Positions 61,947 through 64,000 of a stretch of DNA of 64,000 nt are shown in pieces. Within the stretch, counting starts at the first letter, position 1; the number at the start of each line of letters is the position of its first letter. A model generated the notes under the pieces. It searched no databases. It had not been told where the DNA came from and worked only from the letters and a program-made list of their open reading frames with translations. Position numbers and translations under genes: made by a program. The DNA is from Basidiobolus meristosporus CBS 931.73 (lineage: Eukaryota > Fungi > Basidiobolomycota): the NCBI GenBank assembly GCA_002104905.1, contig MCFE01000505.1, positions 1 through 64,000 of the forward strand. The letters run 5' to 3'.

Positions 61947-64000
61947 TGTTGTAAAAATTCGTATTTTCCACCTAAATATTCACCTAACTTAGTCACTTAG
62001 ATCATCACCTTCAAATCCTAGAGAATACTGACCAAATTCCTTGTCGGGATTTACTTAGAATATTTTCACCAAAATACCAGGTACCCAGAACATGAAAATT
62101 CTCAAAGTTGTCCAAACAGCCCCAAACTTTGCACACATGTTCTTGGGACCTTCCTTAACCTATTCTACATGTTTGTAATGCCAAGACCATGTAAAAGTAT
62201 AAATACTACTTTTACATTCAATAAATCATTAAGTGAAAACCACATAATCTACTTGTTCTCCAAATCACTTCCAATATCTCCAAGACTCTTACAACAGGTT
62301 ATGAGCCCCGAGCTGTCACTCTCTGCAATGTCTACTACTGCTATTACTGGAATTTTTCCCTCTGCTGAAAAGTTGGATGGATCTAACTACCAAGTGTGGA
62401 AGGTGAAGATGAAGATGCTGCTGCAGGAAAGAGGCCTTTGGGATATTGTCATGGGAGAAGAATGCCCTCCTAAAAACGTGGGAGAGGAAGCCTTAAAGTA
62501 CCAGAAGAAAGAACAAAGTGCCTTTAACTGCATTTGCCTTAATGTCAACGACAAATTGCTAATTCAATGCTCAAGAGCAAAAACGGCAAAGAATGCCTGG
62601 AAGGCATTAGAAGACACCTACCAGTCATGTTCAGCTGCCAAGAAAATGTATCTGAGAAGAAAATTCTTTACTACAAAGATGCTGCCAGGAGAAGAAATGA
62701 AAAATCTAATTAACAGAATTACCCTGCTGGTAGATGAGATGGAATCTGTGGGCGTACCAACTACTGATGAGGATGTGATAGTTACCATCCTGAATAGCCT
62801 GACAGACGAGTTTCAGGGCCTTGTATCAGCCCTAGAGTCCAGAACTGAAGATTTGACCTTAAATTACGTATATGGAAGGCTCCTGGATGAAGAATTAAGA
62901 AAATCAAGCGCCAATAAGAAGGAAGAAGAAAATGCTTTAATAAGCAATGATAACCAACAAAGGAGGTACCCAAGACCCTACAAAGGCAACAGCAACCTAT
63001 TTTGCAACTACTGCAAAAGGAAAGGACACACATCAGACCGGTGTTTCAAAAAGAGAGATTATCAGCAAAAGAAGCCTGAATATGGAAATGCTGCAACAAC
63101 TGAAGATAGACTATTCATATCTGCACTAAATATGACCACAAACAAGGATTCTCAGACGTGGTATATTGACTCTGGAGCTTCTCAACACTTTACACACCAA
63201 AAAGAACTTTTTACCCAATATCAAGAAATTCCAATTAAGAAGGTTTTCATGGGTGACGATAGAACACTTGATGCAGTGGGAGAAGGAACTATCCAAGTAA
63301 ACCTTAGAAGCAGTGAAGGAAGCCATACACTGACCTTTAAAGAAGTACTCTATGTACCAGAAATAGCCAAGAACCTACTCTCTGTAAGCAAGGCCACAGC
63401 AGAAGGACTCAGTTTCAGTTTTGACAATTCTGGATGCAGGATCACTGATCAAAATGGTGCTCATATTGCTTCGGGCATCAGAGATCAGAACCTATACAAG
63501 TTGACTTATATTCCATCATATCTGGAAGCCAATATAAGTAACTTAAATGAAGAAACACCAATGCTTTGGCACAGGAGATTTGGACACATCAATTTTGATT
63601 ATTTGCGTAAAATGATCAAAGATCAGCTAATTTCTGGAGTGAAAATTGATCCCCCAGCTAATTTGGAGCACTGTGAAGCCTGCATATATGGGAAACAAGC
63701 CAGACAACCGTTCAAGAGCTCTGGGTTAATCAAAACTAAGAAAAAATTAGATCTAATTCACTCAGATCTGTGTGGACCTATGCAAAATTTATCCTTAGGC
63801 GGGATGAAGTATTTAATCACTTTTATTGATGATTATACAAGATACACATGGGTCTACTTCATGGAGAGAAAGGAAGAAGCTCTGTCTAAGCTCAGGGAGT
63901 TCAAAGCCATGGTGGAGAGAGAAACTGGTGAAAAAATCAAGAAAATACGCTCTGACAATGGTGGAGAATATACCTCAAAACTCTTCATCCACTTCTGCAA
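61947..64000 (+). mobile_element. Apparently intact Ty1/copia retrotransposon, 5' part (LTR 61947-62296, PBS 62297-62308)
   Basis: 350-bp LTR, PBS GGTTATGAGCCC, then an open gag-pol frame to the window end. Confidence 0.97.
62328..64000 (+). CDS. Copia gag-pol polyprotein (partial): gag, zinc knuckle, aspartic protease, integrase
   Basis: KLDGSNYQVWKVKM; CNYCKRKGHTSDRC (CX2CX4HX4C); WYIDSGASQH; LWHRRFGH..CEAC; HSDLCGP, DDYTR and RSDNGGEY. No stop before 64000; the integrase-before-RT order is copia-type. Confidence 0.97.
   Translation, partial: MSTTAITGIFPSAEKLDGSNYQVWKVKMKMLLQERGLWDIVMGEECPPKNVGEEALKYQKKEQSAFNCICLNVNDKLLIQCSRAKTAKNAWKALEDTYQSCSAAKKMYLRRKFFTTKMLPGEEMKNLINRITLLVDEMESVGVPTTDEDVIVTILNSLTDEFQGLVSALESRTEDLTLNYVYGRLLDEELRKSSANKKEEENALISNDNQQRRYPRPYKGNSNLFCNYCKRKGHTSDRCFKKRDYQQKKPEYGNAATTEDRLFISALNMTTNKDSQTWYIDSGASQHFTHQKELFTQYQEIPIKKVFMGDDRTLDAVGEGTIQVNLRSSEGSHTLTFKEVLYVPEIAKNLLSVSKATAEGLSFSFDNSGCRITDQNGAHIASGIRDQNLYKLTYIPSYLEANISNLNEETPMLWHRRFGHINFDYLRKMIKDQLISGVKIDPPANLEHCEACIYGKQARQPFKSSGLIKTKKKLDLIHSDLCGPMQNLSLGGMKYLITFIDDYTRYTWVYFMERKEEALSKLREFKAMVERETGEKIKKIRSDNGGEYTSKLFIHFC

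Overview
Gene-dense, intron-rich eukaryotic DNA. The 55-75 nt introns, minor-spliceosome AT-AC introns, PDRG1 and an animal-like TOPBP1 point to an early-diverging fungus (Zoopagomycota/Mucoromycota-type; inference). About 23 protein-coding genes and one tRNA-Leu(CAG) lie between two clusters of one Ty1/copia family. The left cluster holds the 3' end of an element, a C>T-eroded gag relic and a fold-back LTR palindrome. The right cluster is stacked LTRs plus an intact gag-pol that runs off the window. Recognisable genes: PAN2, RPS25, POL5, WAPL, FAR11/STRIP, CSM1, AHA1, a LETM1-like gene, HIBCH/EHD3, BRAP/ETP1, MGR2, SNU114, a sulfate permease, PDRG1 and TOPBP1. Most notable: two U12-type AT-AC introns and a GC-AG intron in TOPBP1; a receptor-like protein with two fibronectin-type-II-like modules, a TM helix and an SH3 domain; a rhomboid-like membrane domain fused to an MGAT4/GT54-like glycosyltransferase; and an Aha1 with a C-terminal membrane anchor whose NxNNWHW motif crosses a 6-nt microexon. 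All exon structures and counts were derived by eye, with no database searches.
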